The notes: generated by a model not told the origin, from the letters alone. A stretch of 64,000 bases of DNA from Thermoleophilia bacterium (GCA_031362405.1 JANLSO010000056.1:2981-66980), one strand, 5' to 3'; shown: positions 12,147 through 21,703, counted from the first letter of the stretch. A program made the numbers and translations.

Positions 12147-12699
12147 GCCGCAGACCCTCGCGCAACCACTGCGCGACGCCAACCACCCCCAACGCGATGA
12201 CCGTCCCCAGGGCCGCCCCGACGACGACATCGCTCGGAAAGTGCACCCCGAGGTACACCCGCGAGACCGCGACCAGGGTGGCGAGGGTGATGAGCGGCAC
12301 GCGAAGGCGCGGGTGAATCAGCGCAATGGCGACGGCGGCCGCGAAGGCCGTCGTCGCGTGACCCGAGGGCATCGCCGCGCTTTCGGGAATTGCGACGAGC
12401 GGATTGAGCGTCGTGTCGATGAGCGAAGGCCGTGCCCTCTCGAAAAGGCCTTTCAACGCGACCGCGGCGGCTTCACTGAGGGCGTACGCCACGACCCCGC
12501 ATATGAGCCCGAGAGGAAGACGCGACCGGCGCGCCAGGTCGGCGATCAGGCCGACTCCGAGGATCACGAGCCCCTTGAACCACCACGCGGACGCCAGCTC
12601 CATCAACCCGTCGAGGGGGGTGAAGCGCAGGTGTTGCGCAGCACGCACGAGAGCGAGGTCGGCATCGGCGATGACGTTCACGACGCGACCGTAGCCCAA
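12112..12699 (-). CDS. PAP2-family phosphatase (membrane)
   Basis: The three PAP2 motifs are present: KGLFERARP, PSGH, and SRVYLGVHFPSDVVVG. There are several hydrophobic helices. Confidence 0.85.
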   Translation of the reverse strand: MGYGRVVNVIADADLALVRAAQHLRFTPLDGLMELASAWWFKGLVILGVGLIADLARRSRLPLGLICGVVAYALSEAAAVALKGLFERARPSLIDTTLNPLVAIPESAAMPSGHATTAFAAAVAIALIHPRLRVPLITLATLVAVSRVYLGVHFPSDVVVGAALGTVIALGVVGVAQWLREGLRRADRPRSLRQP

Positions 12700-12724
12700 C
12701 CCGCAGCGGCCACATCATCGCCAC

Positions 12725-13045
12725 GGGATTCCGGACGGCTGTGTCGGTCGATTCTCATCACAGCGATCGACTGCCGGACCGACCGACACGAGCTTCGTGA
12801 TGGGTATGGAGGCCAACCACGACGACACGGTGACCGTCCGGTCGACCATCGACCTGGCCCGAAATCGCGGCTTCACCGTCGTCGCCGAAGGCGTCGAGAC
12901 CGAAGAAGCACTGGCGACGGCGAGGGCGATCGGCTGCGACCCTCCTCAGGGCTTCCTTTTGAGCCGACCGGTCCCCGTCGACCAGCTCGATCGCCGGCTA
13001 TCCGACGAATCAGGCGTCTGCGGCTCCATCGGCGCCGCGCGGTAG
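12725..13045 (+). pseudogene. EAL-domain (c-di-GMP phosphodiesterase) C-terminal remnant
   Basis: TDTSFVMGM..TVRSTIDLARNRGFTVVAEGVETEEALATARAIGCDPPQGFLLSRP is only the last third of an EAL domain. No upstream catalytic part or sensor domain is present. Confidence 0.7.
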
Positions 13046-13078
13046 GGCGTCCGGGCGGGGGGATACCCTCTGGCGAAC

Positions 13079-15163
13079 ATGAGTTCGACCGGATATCCAC
13101 GGGCCCAGAAGGCACCGCCGTTCTCTCTCGCCCATGAGGCGCAAAAAGCGCGCTCTGACGTGCGGGCGCCGCGCGACCCGTTGGCCGCCGAACCGGGTGA
13201 GCGTACGGTTTATCGTCTGCGGCCCCGCGCGGCCGACGCCGGTCTTTCTCCTCGGTTGCGCGCGTTTCTCGACACCGAACAGCAGCAGGTGGTCGCCGAG
13301 GCGACTGGCCGTACGCTCGTGCTGGCCTCAGCGGGGTCGGGAAAGACCCGAGTGATCGTCGGCCTGGTGGCCCATCTGGTCGAGCGGGGGGCCGATCCGG
13401 CGTCGATCCTCCTTGTCACGTTCACCCGGCGAGCGGCGCGTGAGATGACCCTCCGCGCGCAGGCCGCGGCCGGCGTTGACCTTGCCGCCATGACGTCCGG
13501 CACTTTCCACTCGGTGTGCCAGCGCATCCTTCGTCGGTGGGGGTCGCTGGTCGGGTTGCCGTCACCATTCACGGTTCTCGACCGTGAAGACCAGGGCGAA
13601 CTCGTGCGTCTGTCGCGCGACGAGGTTCTGTCCGGACGCGAGACCCGGCCGTCGCTTCCCCGCCCCGAATGGATCGCCCAAACCGTCGGCCTTGCGGGCG
13701 AGTCGGGCCGACCCCTGGCCCAGGTGATCGTCGACCAGAACCCGCGGCTGGTCGACCGCGTCGACGAACTCGTGGCGATCGCCGCCGGCTACGAGCAGCG
13801 CAAGCGGGCGATGGGGGCCGTCGACTACGCCGACCTGCTCATCATGGCGGCGCGCCTTTTCGAGGAACACCCGGAAGTCCGCGAACGGGTCGCCACGACC
13901 GCCGAGTGGCTGCTCGTCGACGAGCTTCATGACGTGAACCCGGTGCAGGCGGGCCTCGTCGAGGCGCTCGGGGCTGCAGGGTCGAAGGTCGTTGCGGTCG
14001 CCGACCCCGACCAGTCGATCTATGGGTGGCGGGGAGCCGATCCCGAGGTCGTCTCCCGCTTCGCCGCGGTTGCCGGTACTCACGTCGTCCACCTGGGGCG
14101 CAACTACCGTTCGTCGGCGGAGATCGTCGACTTCGCCCAGGCGAGTCTTCCCGCCGGAAACCCCTGGGGAAAGAAGCTCACGGCAATGCGACCGTCGCTC
14201 GGGGCGCGACCCGTTGTGGCGCACCTGTCGTCGGTTGGTGACGAGGCCGCCTTCGTCACCCAGCGCATCGCGGATCTCATCACCGAGGGGCGCGACCCCG
14301 GCGATATCGGGGTGCTCTACCGCGCCCACCACCACTCGGTCGACCTGCAACTGGCCCTGGCCGAGGCCGGTGTCGAGTTCGAGCTGTACTCCGGCTCTCG
14401 GTTTGTGGAGAGCGCGCACGTCAAGGATGTCCTCGCGTTCTGCCGGCTGCGCCACAACCCCCGCGACACCCTGGCGTGGAGCCGGGCGCTGCGACTTGGC
14501 GAGCGGGTGGGCGAGCGGTCGAGCGCCCGGGCCATCGAGGCGATCGGTGAATGCGACGACCTGGCCACTGCAGTTGGTCGGCTGGAGAGCATCGATGGCC
14601 CGGCCGGCCGGGGTCCGCTCCTTGACACGTTTCGCCGGGTCTCCGAGACCGACCGGCCCGAGGAGATGGTGCTGCACGTCGCCCGATCGGAGTGGTATCG
14701 CGATCACCTGACGTCGCGCTATCCGAACGCCTCCGATCGCGAGGCCGATCTCGCACGGTTGGCCGAGATCGCGGCCCGCTCAGAAGATGTCGAGCGGCTG
14801 CTGGCGGATCTCCAACTTGCCGAGCGGGTGGAGGTCGACGAAGACACCTCCGGTCCGGCGCGCCGGGTGGCCTTGTCGTCAGTCCATCAGGCCAAAGGCC
14901 TCGAGTGGCCCGTGGTCTTTGTGCTCCAGGTCGAAGCGGGCTCGTTCCCGTCGAGCTGGGCGCTCAGCGAGGGCCGGCTGGATGAAGAAGAGCGCCTCTT
15001 CTACGTGGCGGTTACCCGGGCCGCTGACGAGCTCTACATGTGCCGCCCGATCCAGGCCAAGCGCCCGTGGGATACAGGCGCCAACCGGGTGGTGATCAAC
15101 AGCGGCATGGGTTTCCTCGACCGAGACCTCTCCGGCCTCGTCCACGAATGGTCGGTCCGGTAA
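13079..15163 (+). CDS. UvrD/Rep/PcrA-family ATP-dependent DNA helicase
   Basis: Walker A is LVLASAGSGKTRV. Also present are TFTRRAAREM, DELHDVNP (DExx-like), NYRSS, and C-terminal VHQAKGLEWPVVF and LFYVAVTRA motifs. Confidence 0.9.
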   Translation: MSSTGYPRAQKAPPFSLAHEAQKARSDVRAPRDPLAAEPGERTVYRLRPRAADAGLSPRLRAFLDTEQQQVVAEATGRTLVLASAGSGKTRVIVGLVAHLVERGADPASILLVTFTRRAAREMTLRAQAAAGVDLAAMTSGTFHSVCQRILRRWGSLVGLPSPFTVLDREDQGELVRLSRDEVLSGRETRPSLPRPEWIAQTVGLAGESGRPLAQVIVDQNPRLVDRVDELVAIAAGYEQRKRAMGAVDYADLLIMAARLFEEHPEVRERVATTAEWLLVDELHDVNPVQAGLVEALGAAGSKVVAVADPDQSIYGWRGADPEVVSRFAAVAGTHVVHLGRNYRSSAEIVDFAQASLPAGNPWGKKLTAMRPSLGARPVVAHLSSVGDEAAFVTQRIADLITEGRDPGDIGVLYRAHHHSVDLQLALAEAGVEFELYSGSRFVESAHVKDVLAFCRLRHNPRDTLAWSRALRLGERVGERSSARAIEAIGECDDLATAVGRLESIDGPAGRGPLLDTFRRVSETDRPEEMVLHVARSEWYRDHLTSRYPNASDREADLARLAEIAARSEDVERLLADLQLAERVEVDEDTSGPARRVALSSVHQAKGLEWPVVFVLQVEAGSFPSSWALSEGRLDEEERLFYVAVTRAADELYMCRPIQAKRPWDTGANRVVINSGMGFLDRDLSGLVHEWSVR

Positions 15164-15167
15164 GCCG

Positions 15168-15682
15168 TCAAGGGCTCGCACAGACGACGAAGGCCGTTGG
15201 GATGATCGAAGCGTTCCCGGTGTTGCGAACGACCGAACCCCATCCGGTAGGTAGGAGTCCCGCCCGAGTCGGGCCACGTGCCATCCGGACCGAGCGCGAA
15301 GCTCCGAGAGAGATCCACAAAGTCTGCGCTGGCGCCGCCGGAGACTGCTCGCACGCCATCCGCGCAGAGGGCACTCAATGACTCGCTTGAGTTAAGGGCA
15401 AGGGGCTTTGAGGGACGGCGGTCGCGCACCACTACGCTGGTTGCTCCAGGCGCACGCTGAGGGCCCTGAACACCGGCCACCACAACGCCTTCGGCGAAGT
15501 CGGCCTTCGTGAGGGATGCGCCCAGACCGTGTTCGAGGGGACGGCGCCGTTCTTGAGCTGGGGTCTGTGCCGACGCTGCCGGGGTCGAGGGCGGTGACGG
15601 CGTACGAGGTGCCGCCGAGGGCGACGAACAGCGCGAGCAGCGCCACATGGTGTCGCCGGACATACTCATGAGCAGTGGACAT
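15168..15682 (-). pseudogene. secreted/anchored actinobacterial hypothetical protein family, at least three frameshifts
   Basis: The signal-anchor MSTAHEYVRRHHVALLALFVALGGTSYAV is followed by conserved pieces in different frames: PQLKNGAVPSNTV; GASLTKADFAEGVVVAGVQGPQ..VVVRD..CADGVRAVSGGAS; and GWGSVVRNTGNASIIPTAFVVCA. Confidence 0.6.
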
Positions 15683-15760
15683 GACGACGACACCCCTGAG
15701 TCTCGATTTGCGCGCGACGCTTGCACACCGTGATATGAACGGTCAGGCGCGCATTCCGCG

Positions 15761-16603
15761 ATGATCATCTGCCCGGGTAACGGCACGTTGACGGTCGTTA
15801 AGCAGGTCGACCATCAGAGGCAGTGCGGAGTCTTCGCGCGGGCCTGGGGCAACGAGGAGTTCTCGCGACCCCCGGCCTACGACGACCTGATCGCCGCGGC
15901 CGAGATTCACGACGAGGGCTGGCGGACCTGGGAAGAGCACCCGTGCGTCGATGCAGCCGGGCGCCCGGTCGACTTCCCCGATCTCGCCCGAGACGACCAC
16001 ATCCCCCTCTACGAGCGGGGAATCCGCGCGGCGGTTGACGCCGGGCCGCGCGTCGGCCTGATCGTGAGCCTGCACGGGCAGGGTCTGTACGAGAAGCGCC
16101 TGGGCCTCGATGGCGCAGTACCCGCACGCGAGACCCGACCGGCAGCGGAGCAGGTCTTTCTCGCGACCCAAGACGACCTTCAGGTGGGTCTCCGGGCTCA
16201 GATCGACGGCCCTGACGTCGCGGAGTGGGCGTGGGCGGGCTTCCGGCTGCTCCAGGCCTGGGACGCACTCAGCCTCTACCTCACCTGGCGTGGTCTGCCG
16301 CGAGGCGCGACGTGGACGCTGCCGCGCGTCCCGAGATACGTCGGTGACGACGGGGTAGAGGTGCGGCTACGACCCGCAGATGCGCACAGATCGGTGCCGG
16401 GCACCGATCTGTGCGCATCTGCGTGCACCGTCGACCCCTGGCCCTTTCGGGGCGACCTCGTGGAGGCTCCCGTGGCCATGCGAGCCATCCCCGATCGCAC
16501 GTACGCCAACGACAGCGATCTCGCCGAAGAACTCGATCGGCAACCGTCGAGGGTCTGGTCGCTCGCGTTGCATCCCGTCCCTCACAAGCCCCGCTCATCG
16601 TGA
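15761..16603 (+). CDS. DUF3891-family protein carrying an internal palindrome
   Basis: 280 aa. QVDHQRQCGVFARAWGN, EIHDEGWRTWE and VDPWPF blocks resemble DUF3891. Codons for ADAHRSVPGTDLCASA are contributed by the 47-nt palindrome at 16376-16422. Confidence 0.6.
   Translation: MIICPGNGTLTVVKQVDHQRQCGVFARAWGNEEFSRPPAYDDLIAAAEIHDEGWRTWEEHPCVDAAGRPVDFPDLARDDHIPLYERGIRAAVDAGPRVGLIVSLHGQGLYEKRLGLDGAVPARETRPAAEQVFLATQDDLQVGLRAQIDGPDVAEWAWAGFRLLQAWDALSLYLTWRGLPRGATWTLPRVPRYVGDDGVEVRLRPADAHRSVPGTDLCASACTVDPWPFRGDLVEAPVAMRAIPDRTYANDSDLAEELDRQPSRVWSLALHPVPHKPRSS
16376..16422. repeat. 47-nt perfect palindrome (23+1+23) inside the DUF3891 CDS
   Basis: GCAGATGCGCACAGATCGGTGCC-G-GGCACCGATCTGTGCGCATCTGC. 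Its inner 35 nt match the palindrome at 24033-24067 apart from one symmetric position pair. Confidence 0.95.
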
Positions 16604-16618
16604 CTGCGAGCAGTCGTT

Positions 16619-16650
16619 GTCAACATCCGGTGCGCGCACCGGATGTTGAC
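16619..16650. repeat. 32-nt perfect palindrome between convergent genes (terminator-like position)
   Basis: GTCAACATCCGGTGCG/CGCACCGGATGTTGAC. Lies 16 nt after the DUF3891 stop and about 90 nt from the convergent DUF429 gene end. Arm sequence is related to 62709-62749. Confidence 0.9.
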
Positions 16651-16742
16651 TTCGTGATCGGCGGCACAACGTGTTGGGTGTTGAGGTGGGCGGCGTGCGG
16701 GGTTGGCGCGGCCTCGTGACGCGCATTGTGATGACCCGCCTG

Positions 16743-17552
16743 TTAGCGCGGGTAGCTGATCGCCACCCCTTCGGCGCGCATACGCTCGACGTTGATGGCA
16801 GCCCGATCGCGCATGTCTGCGTCGGCGAGGATCGCCGTGGGAGGTTCGTCTCCTAAAATCAGGATGTGCTCGGGCGTATGGATCAGGCGGTGTGCGACGA
16901 GGGCGCAGGCGATTGCATCCAGACGTGCGGCGTCGGCGATGGCGTCCCAATCGTCGCGCGGCACCCCTGGCCACCAGTCACCGAGTTCGACGGCCTCGGA
17001 AAGAAGGTCGGCGGCAGCAACGAGGCCGTCGGGGCGCGCCCTACCCGTTCCCTTCGGGCGATATCTCGGGGCACGCGTCCCGAGCCATGCGGCTCGGTAT
17101 GCGGCGATGCCGAGGGGAACGCCATCCTCGGGGCGCCCCCGCTGCCATGACAGCTGTCGCAGCACTGCTTCGGGAAGGGTCTCGACGAGTCGCCGCTCGG
17201 GCGAGGTGAGGGCCGAGCGCAGCGCTTCGCCGCGGCAACCGCCAAAGACCTGTTGCATACGCGCGCGCGACACGGGAAAGGCGGGCATATCCAGCCAAGA
17301 AAGCAGAGTTTCGACGGTCCGTTGGCCTCGCTCATTGGGCACATGCAGCGGCGCGTCGATCGCGAACACGGCCGGCCCGGCAGGCACCGCCGACTCGATG
17401 TCGGCGTCGGTGTCGAGGATCTCCAGACGTACCAACCGGCCAGACGGATCGATTTCGGCGAGCACCGACGGCCGCGGTGTTCCGAGGAGGTCTCTTGATG
17501 GCATCAGATGCAGGCCCAGCGCAATCACGACGTGGCCTTCGGCGACGGCCAA
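16743..17552 (-). CDS. hypothetical protein, possibly DUF429 (RNase H-like fold) family
   Basis: 269-aa ORF with normal codon bias. VFAIDAPL near the N-terminus and DAIACALVA near the C-terminus resemble DUF429 proteins. The assignment is tentative. Confidence 0.45.
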   Translation of the reverse strand: MAVAEGHVVIALGLHLMPSRDLLGTPRPSVLAEIDPSGRLVRLEILDTDADIESAVPAGPAVFAIDAPLHVPNERGQRTVETLLSWLDMPAFPVSRARMQQVFGGCRGEALRSALTSPERRLVETLPEAVLRQLSWQRGRPEDGVPLGIAAYRAAWLGTRAPRYRPKGTGRARPDGLVAAADLLSEAVELGDWWPGVPRDDWDAIADAARLDAIACALVAHRLIHTPEHILILGDEPPTAILADADMRDRAAINVERMRAEGVAISYPR

Positions 17553-17618
17553 CTGGACGCCGCGCCACGGCCCCGACTAGTCTGGCCCGATAAGCAACCC
17601 TCGAGGAGTGATGGCGTC

Positions 17619-17903
17619 ATGACTGCACTGCTGCTTTTACTGGTAGCTGCCCTTGCGCCGTGGATTGTGCACCTTGCCCCGCCCCGCCAGCGGCCGCTGG
17701 CCCTTGTCGGCGTTGTCGGCGTCTTCCTTCTGTTCGGCATCTTTACGAGTGCCAACCCCATCACCGCCTGGGAAAGCTGGGTTGGCCTGGCCGCCGGCGT
17801 CATCAGCGTTGTCGCTCTCTCCGCGGCCGGCGGCAGCGCAGGACCCCGTCGACCCGCGTCACGACGCGGCACCTACGATGACGACGGCGGCAGCACCGCT
17901 TAG
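17619..17903 (+). CDS. small membrane protein
   Basis: ATG 17619 after GAGGAG. Three hydrophobic segments (LLLLLVAALAPWIV, LALVGVVGVFLLFGIF, VGLAAGVISVVALSAAG). I recognise no family. Confidence 0.5.
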   Translation: MTALLLLLVAALAPWIVHLAPPRQRPLALVGVVGVFLLFGIFTSANPITAWESWVGLAAGVISVVALSAAGGSAGPRRPASRRGTYDDDGGSTA

Positions 17904-18084
17904 TCGCGGGGCGAGAGCACGCCGAAGCCGCCATCGCTCGCGGCGTGGCCAAGGCGGTCGTCGTAGGTGACGGTGGCATCAATTTGGGGGCCAGGGTGCG
18001 TGTGGTCGCGAGATGGATCGCGTCGAGCGAGTGCAGACCTCGGTCGGGTCCATTCATCGCCGCATCGTCGGTGCAGGTCGTCAC
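17900..18084 (-). pseudogene. PIN-domain (VapC) C-terminal remnant with frameshift
   Basis: LHSLDAIHLATTRTL continues after a shift at a C5 run as GPQIDATVTYDDRLGHAASDGGFGVLSPRD-stop. The N-terminal half of the PIN domain and any antitoxin are absent. Confidence 0.65.
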
Positions 18085-18106
18085 GACGGGCCGTGACGTC
18101 GGCAGG

Positions 18107-19513
18107 TCAGGGGTCGTTGGGCTCGAGGTACTCGTCGATCACCGTCTGCGCGCGCTGCGGGTCGTTCGTGAGGATCAAACCGCGACGTAGCGCCTTCACC
18201 CCGGCGGCCTTGCTCCCGGAGGCGATCAGGGCGATGCCCTGAGCAACCTGGGCGTTGTCGTACGTCGGGTCAAGGCTCACCGCAGCTCGAGCGGCCACGA
18301 CGGCTTCGGCGGGTTTCGTGGCGCGCACCAGCGAGAAGGCCGCAAAACTCGGCGAGGCCGGGTCACCGGTGTCGATCGCCTGTGCCGCCTGGAACGCCGC
18401 GGCCGCCTCCGGATTCTTGCCGAGGGCGTCGAGGGTCACCCCGCGACCGAACTGGGCTTCGGCGAGCTTTGGGTCTTTGCGAGCCGCACGGTTGTAGGCG
18501 CCAAGGGCCTTCTTATTCTGCTTGAGCGCGACCTGCAGCTCCGCCTGGATCAGCTCGCCCGGGGCGCTGGTCTTCCAGGCCTTCGGCCAGGTGCTGATGA
18601 GCTCCTCGGCATCGGCCGGCTTGCCGGTATCGATGAGGTAGCGGGCCCGCGCGACGGCGTAGGCGTACTGCGTGGGTTCACGTTTGGCGAGCACCGTGAG
18701 TGCGGCCGCGAAGTCGGGCAGGGCGTTCCAGTCGGGCTTCACGGTCGTCCCGAATGTGAGCTGTTGGGTGCCGCGCCGCACGATGATCGGCGTATCGGTG
18801 TCGGCCTTCAGGCCTCGTAATGCAGTACCCATGGAGCCGGTCGTCAGCGTTTGTTTGCCACCGATGCTGAGGATGACATCGCCGCGGCGGATCCCGCCGG
18901 CAATCGCGTCGCCCTTGGGAGCGAGAGCCACAACCAACTGGCCGCCCTGATTGGGGACCTTCAAGCTGCGGGCGAACTGGGGCCACAGGGGCACCGTGTA
19001 GGTGTCGAGGCGGCCGCGGGGCGCGGTCAACTTCAGCGAGATGACCTTCTCGATCGGTGCCGACACGCGGTTCTTGGAGTCGGTGGCCTGCACGCGCACC
19101 CGGTACTTGCCGGCCGGGAGCTGGAAGCGCTTGTCGTTGGTGGCCTCGATCATGAAATAAACCCGCCCCGGCGCGTCGGCACCGGGTGACGCGATCGTCT
19201 TGACGAGGTCACCCGAGCTGACGGCAAACACTTGGACGCCCACCCGCGCCGATGTTGCCGTGCGGATGCCGACGAGAAAGCGGGCGTGCCCCTGCCGCAG
19301 GCTGACCACCGACGACAGCTTCAGGCCGCTGAGCTTCGGCGGCCCCGCAACGGCCGTCGGGGGTGTGATCGTCGCCGGTGCGGTTGTGGTCGTCGGGGTC
19401 GACGTCGTCGTGGGGGCCGGGTCGGGGGCCTGCCCCAAAGCGACGACGCCGGAAAGTGTCCACGTGGTGACGAAGCCACTAACGATAACGGAGAAAATGC
19501 GGGTTCGCGTCAT
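18107..19513 (-). CDS. secreted PDZ-domain and TPR-repeat protein
   Basis: Signal-like MTRTRIFSVIVSGFVTTW and a Thr/Pro-rich linker. PDZ-like GGIRRGDVILSIGGKQ. C-terminal TPR-like repeats (ALGAYNRAARKDPKLAEAQFGRGVTL...). Confidence 0.7.
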   Translation of the reverse strand: MTRTRIFSVIVSGFVTTWTLSGVVALGQAPDPAPTTTSTPTTTTAPATITPPTAVAGPPKLSGLKLSSVVSLRQGHARFLVGIRTATSARVGVQVFAVSSGDLVKTIASPGADAPGRVYFMIEATNDKRFQLPAGKYRVRVQATDSKNRVSAPIEKVISLKLTAPRGRLDTYTVPLWPQFARSLKVPNQGGQLVVALAPKGDAIAGGIRRGDVILSIGGKQTLTTGSMGTALRGLKADTDTPIIVRRGTQQLTFGTTVKPDWNALPDFAAALTVLAKREPTQYAYAVARARYLIDTGKPADAEELISTWPKAWKTSAPGELIQAELQVALKQNKKALGAYNRAARKDPKLAEAQFGRGVTLDALGKNPEAAAAFQAAQAIDTGDPASPSFAAFSLVRATKPAEAVVAARAAVSLDPTYDNAQVAQGIALIASGSKAAGVKALRRGLILTNDPQRAQTVIDEYLEPNDP

Positions 19514-19554
19514 GGCGGATGAGGTTACCAGCACCCCTGTACGCTCCGCGATCG

Positions 19555-20865
19555 ATGTCGGTCCCGCTCGCCCCTCTCGAGCTCCTCGAGCGCAGCCGAC
19601 GCGGCGAGACCGTTGACGCCGAGAGCGTCGCGTACTTCGTGCGCAACTGGTTCGGCGGCGGCGCGACCGATGCCCAGATGGCCGCGTGGTGCATGCTGGC
19701 CTGCCTGCAGGGGCTCGATTCGGCCGCCGTGGCCGCCCTCACGGCCGAGCTGATCGCCACCGGGGACCGCCTTGATCTGGGCTCGTTGGGCCCGACGGGC
19801 GACACCCATTCGACCGGCGGAGTCGGGGACACCACCACTTTGGTTGCGGTGCCGATCGCCGCCGCCCTCGGGGTGCGGGTCGCCAAGATGAGCGGCCGCG
19901 GGTTGGCGCATACAGGTGGCACCGTCGACAAATTGGAGGCCATTCCCGGGTACCAGGCCGACCTGCATCTGGCCGATTTCGTTCGGCAGATCAAGGATGT
20001 CGGCTGTGCAGTGATCTCCCAGACCGATCGGCTCACCCCGGGCGACAAACGTCTGTACGCGCTTCGCGACCAGACCGCCACGGTGCAGAGCGCCGGGCTG
20101 ATCGCCGCATCGATCATGAGCAAGAAGCTCGCGGGTGGGGCATCGGCCATCGCCCTCGACGTGAAGTGCGGCGATGGCGCGTTCTTCGCGACGCCCGAGG
20201 AGGCCCGACACGCCGCCGAGCTGATGGTCTCGCTCGCGGAGCCCTGGGGGCGGACCGTGCGTTGGATGGCCACCGACATGAGTCAGCCTCTTGGCGGCGC
20301 CGTCGGGAACGCTCTGGAGGTGCGACAGGCCGCCGCCGTGCTGCGCGGGGCGGGACCACCCGACCTGCGCGAGCTCGGCCTGCGCGTCGCGGCCGAGCTG
20401 GCCGAAGCCTCCGGTGTCGCCCCCGTCGGCGACGGCCTTGCGCGGGCCGAAGCCACGATCATCGACGGAACCGCCCTGGCCATGGCCGAGCGGTGGGTCG
20501 AGGCCCAGGGCGGCGAGCCCGCCGTGTGGACCGACGACGACGCGCTGCCGTCGGCGCCGATCCGGCTGGATGTCGTCGCCCCCCACGACGGGTGGCTGGC
20601 CGCGCTTCCGGCGCGGGCGCTCGGAGAGGCCGCCCGGCGGCTCGGTGCCGGCCGCCTGCATCCTTCGCAGAACGTCGATCCGGCGGTGGGTCTGGAATTG
20701 CGCGCCAAGGTCGGCCACGCGGTGACCGCGGGCGAGCCGGTGATCGTCGTGCACGCCCGCGATATGGCCTTGGCCGAGGCGTGTGTCGCTAACCTGGCCA
20801 CGCGCATCGTCGTCTCGCAGACACAGGTCGCCGCGCCGCCCCTCATCGTGGCGAGCGATGCCTGA
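19555..20865 (+). CDS. deoA: thymidine / pyrimidine-nucleoside phosphorylase
   Basis: HSTGGVGDTTTLVAVPIAAALGVRVAKMSGRGLAHTGGTVDKLEAIPGY and the KRLYALRD motif. ATG 19555 inside listed ORF 19519..20865. Confidence 0.92.
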   Translation: MSVPLAPLELLERSRRGETVDAESVAYFVRNWFGGGATDAQMAAWCMLACLQGLDSAAVAALTAELIATGDRLDLGSLGPTGDTHSTGGVGDTTTLVAVPIAAALGVRVAKMSGRGLAHTGGTVDKLEAIPGYQADLHLADFVRQIKDVGCAVISQTDRLTPGDKRLYALRDQTATVQSAGLIAASIMSKKLAGGASAIALDVKCGDGAFFATPEEARHAAELMVSLAEPWGRTVRWMATDMSQPLGGAVGNALEVRQAAAVLRGAGPPDLRELGLRVAAELAEASGVAPVGDGLARAEATIIDGTALAMAERWVEAQGGEPAVWTDDDALPSAPIRLDVVAPHDGWLAALPARALGEAARRLGAGRLHPSQNVDPAVGLELRAKVGHAVTAGEPVIVVHARDMALAEACVANLATRIVVSQTQVAAPPLIVASDA

Positions 20866-21703
20866 GCTTCCCGAGGTCGAGACGATCCGGCGCCAGTTGA
20901 GCGAGCGCATCCCGGGCCGCACGATCACCCGGTTCGACGTGCTCGACCCGCGCCTGACCGCCCCGGACGACCCCGAGGCCGTTGCTGCCGAGGTGGTCGG
21001 GCAGCGCATCGAAAGCGTCGAGCGGCGTGGGAAATACCTGCTCATACGGCTTTCCGGCGGGGAGACCCTCGCCGCACATCTGCGCATGACGGGTCGTCTG
21101 CATTGGCGGGCGGGCCCACCTGCCGAGGGCGAACGTTTCGTGCGCGCGGTGATCGACCTCGACGACGGTGCCACGCTGACGTTCGGCGACCAGCGCCGCT
21201 TCGGCCGGGCGTGGATCATCCCCGCGGGTACCGATGAGGCCGGCTACTGGCGCGGCCGGGTTGGCCTGGAGCCGCTCACGAAGGCGTTCACCGCCGACGA
21301 GCTTGGGCGTCTCATGGACGGGCGACGGATCGTCATCAAAGCGGCCCTTCTGAACCAGGCCCTCGTGGCGGGAATCGGAAACATGTACGCCGACGAGGCC
21401 CTCTTTCAGGCCAGGGTGCACCCCGAACGGCCCGCCGGGTCGCTGTCGCGAAGTGAACACGTGCGCCTGCACCGTGCCGTGCGCGATCGCCTGCGCGCCG
21501 CGATCGACGCCGGCGGCGCGTCGATCGACACGTACCGCGACGGCCTCGGAAACAAGGGCGAGATGCAGAACCTGCTGCGGGTCCACCTGCACGCGGGCGA
21601 GCCGTGCCCGCGGTGCCGCCAGATCATCCGAAAGACGCGCGTCGCCCAACGCGGTACCTATTGGTGCCCGCGCTGCCAGCCCCGCTTCGGAGGCTCGGCG
21701 TGA
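20858..21703 (+). CDS. mutM: formamidopyrimidine-DNA glycosylase
   Basis: MPELPEVETIRRQL N-terminus, H2TH region, and C-terminal zinc finger CPRC..YWCPRCQ. Overlaps the deoA stop. Confidence 0.95.
   Translation: MPELPEVETIRRQLSERIPGRTITRFDVLDPRLTAPDDPEAVAAEVVGQRIESVERRGKYLLIRLSGGETLAAHLRMTGRLHWRAGPPAEGERFVRAVIDLDDGATLTFGDQRRFGRAWIIPAGTDEAGYWRGRVGLEPLTKAFTADELGRLMDGRRIVIKAALLNQALVAGIGNMYADEALFQARVHPERPAGSLSRSEHVRLHRAVRDRLRAAIDAGGASIDTYRDGLGNKGEMQNLLRVHLHAGEPCPRCRQIIRKTRVAQRGTYWCPRCQPRFGGSA

Noticed and set aside
19525-21219. 564-aa minus-strand ORF antisense to deoA and mutM.
   Set aside because: It overlaps two confidently identified plus-strand genes. Its composition is Arg/Gly/Pro-rich and no family is recognised.
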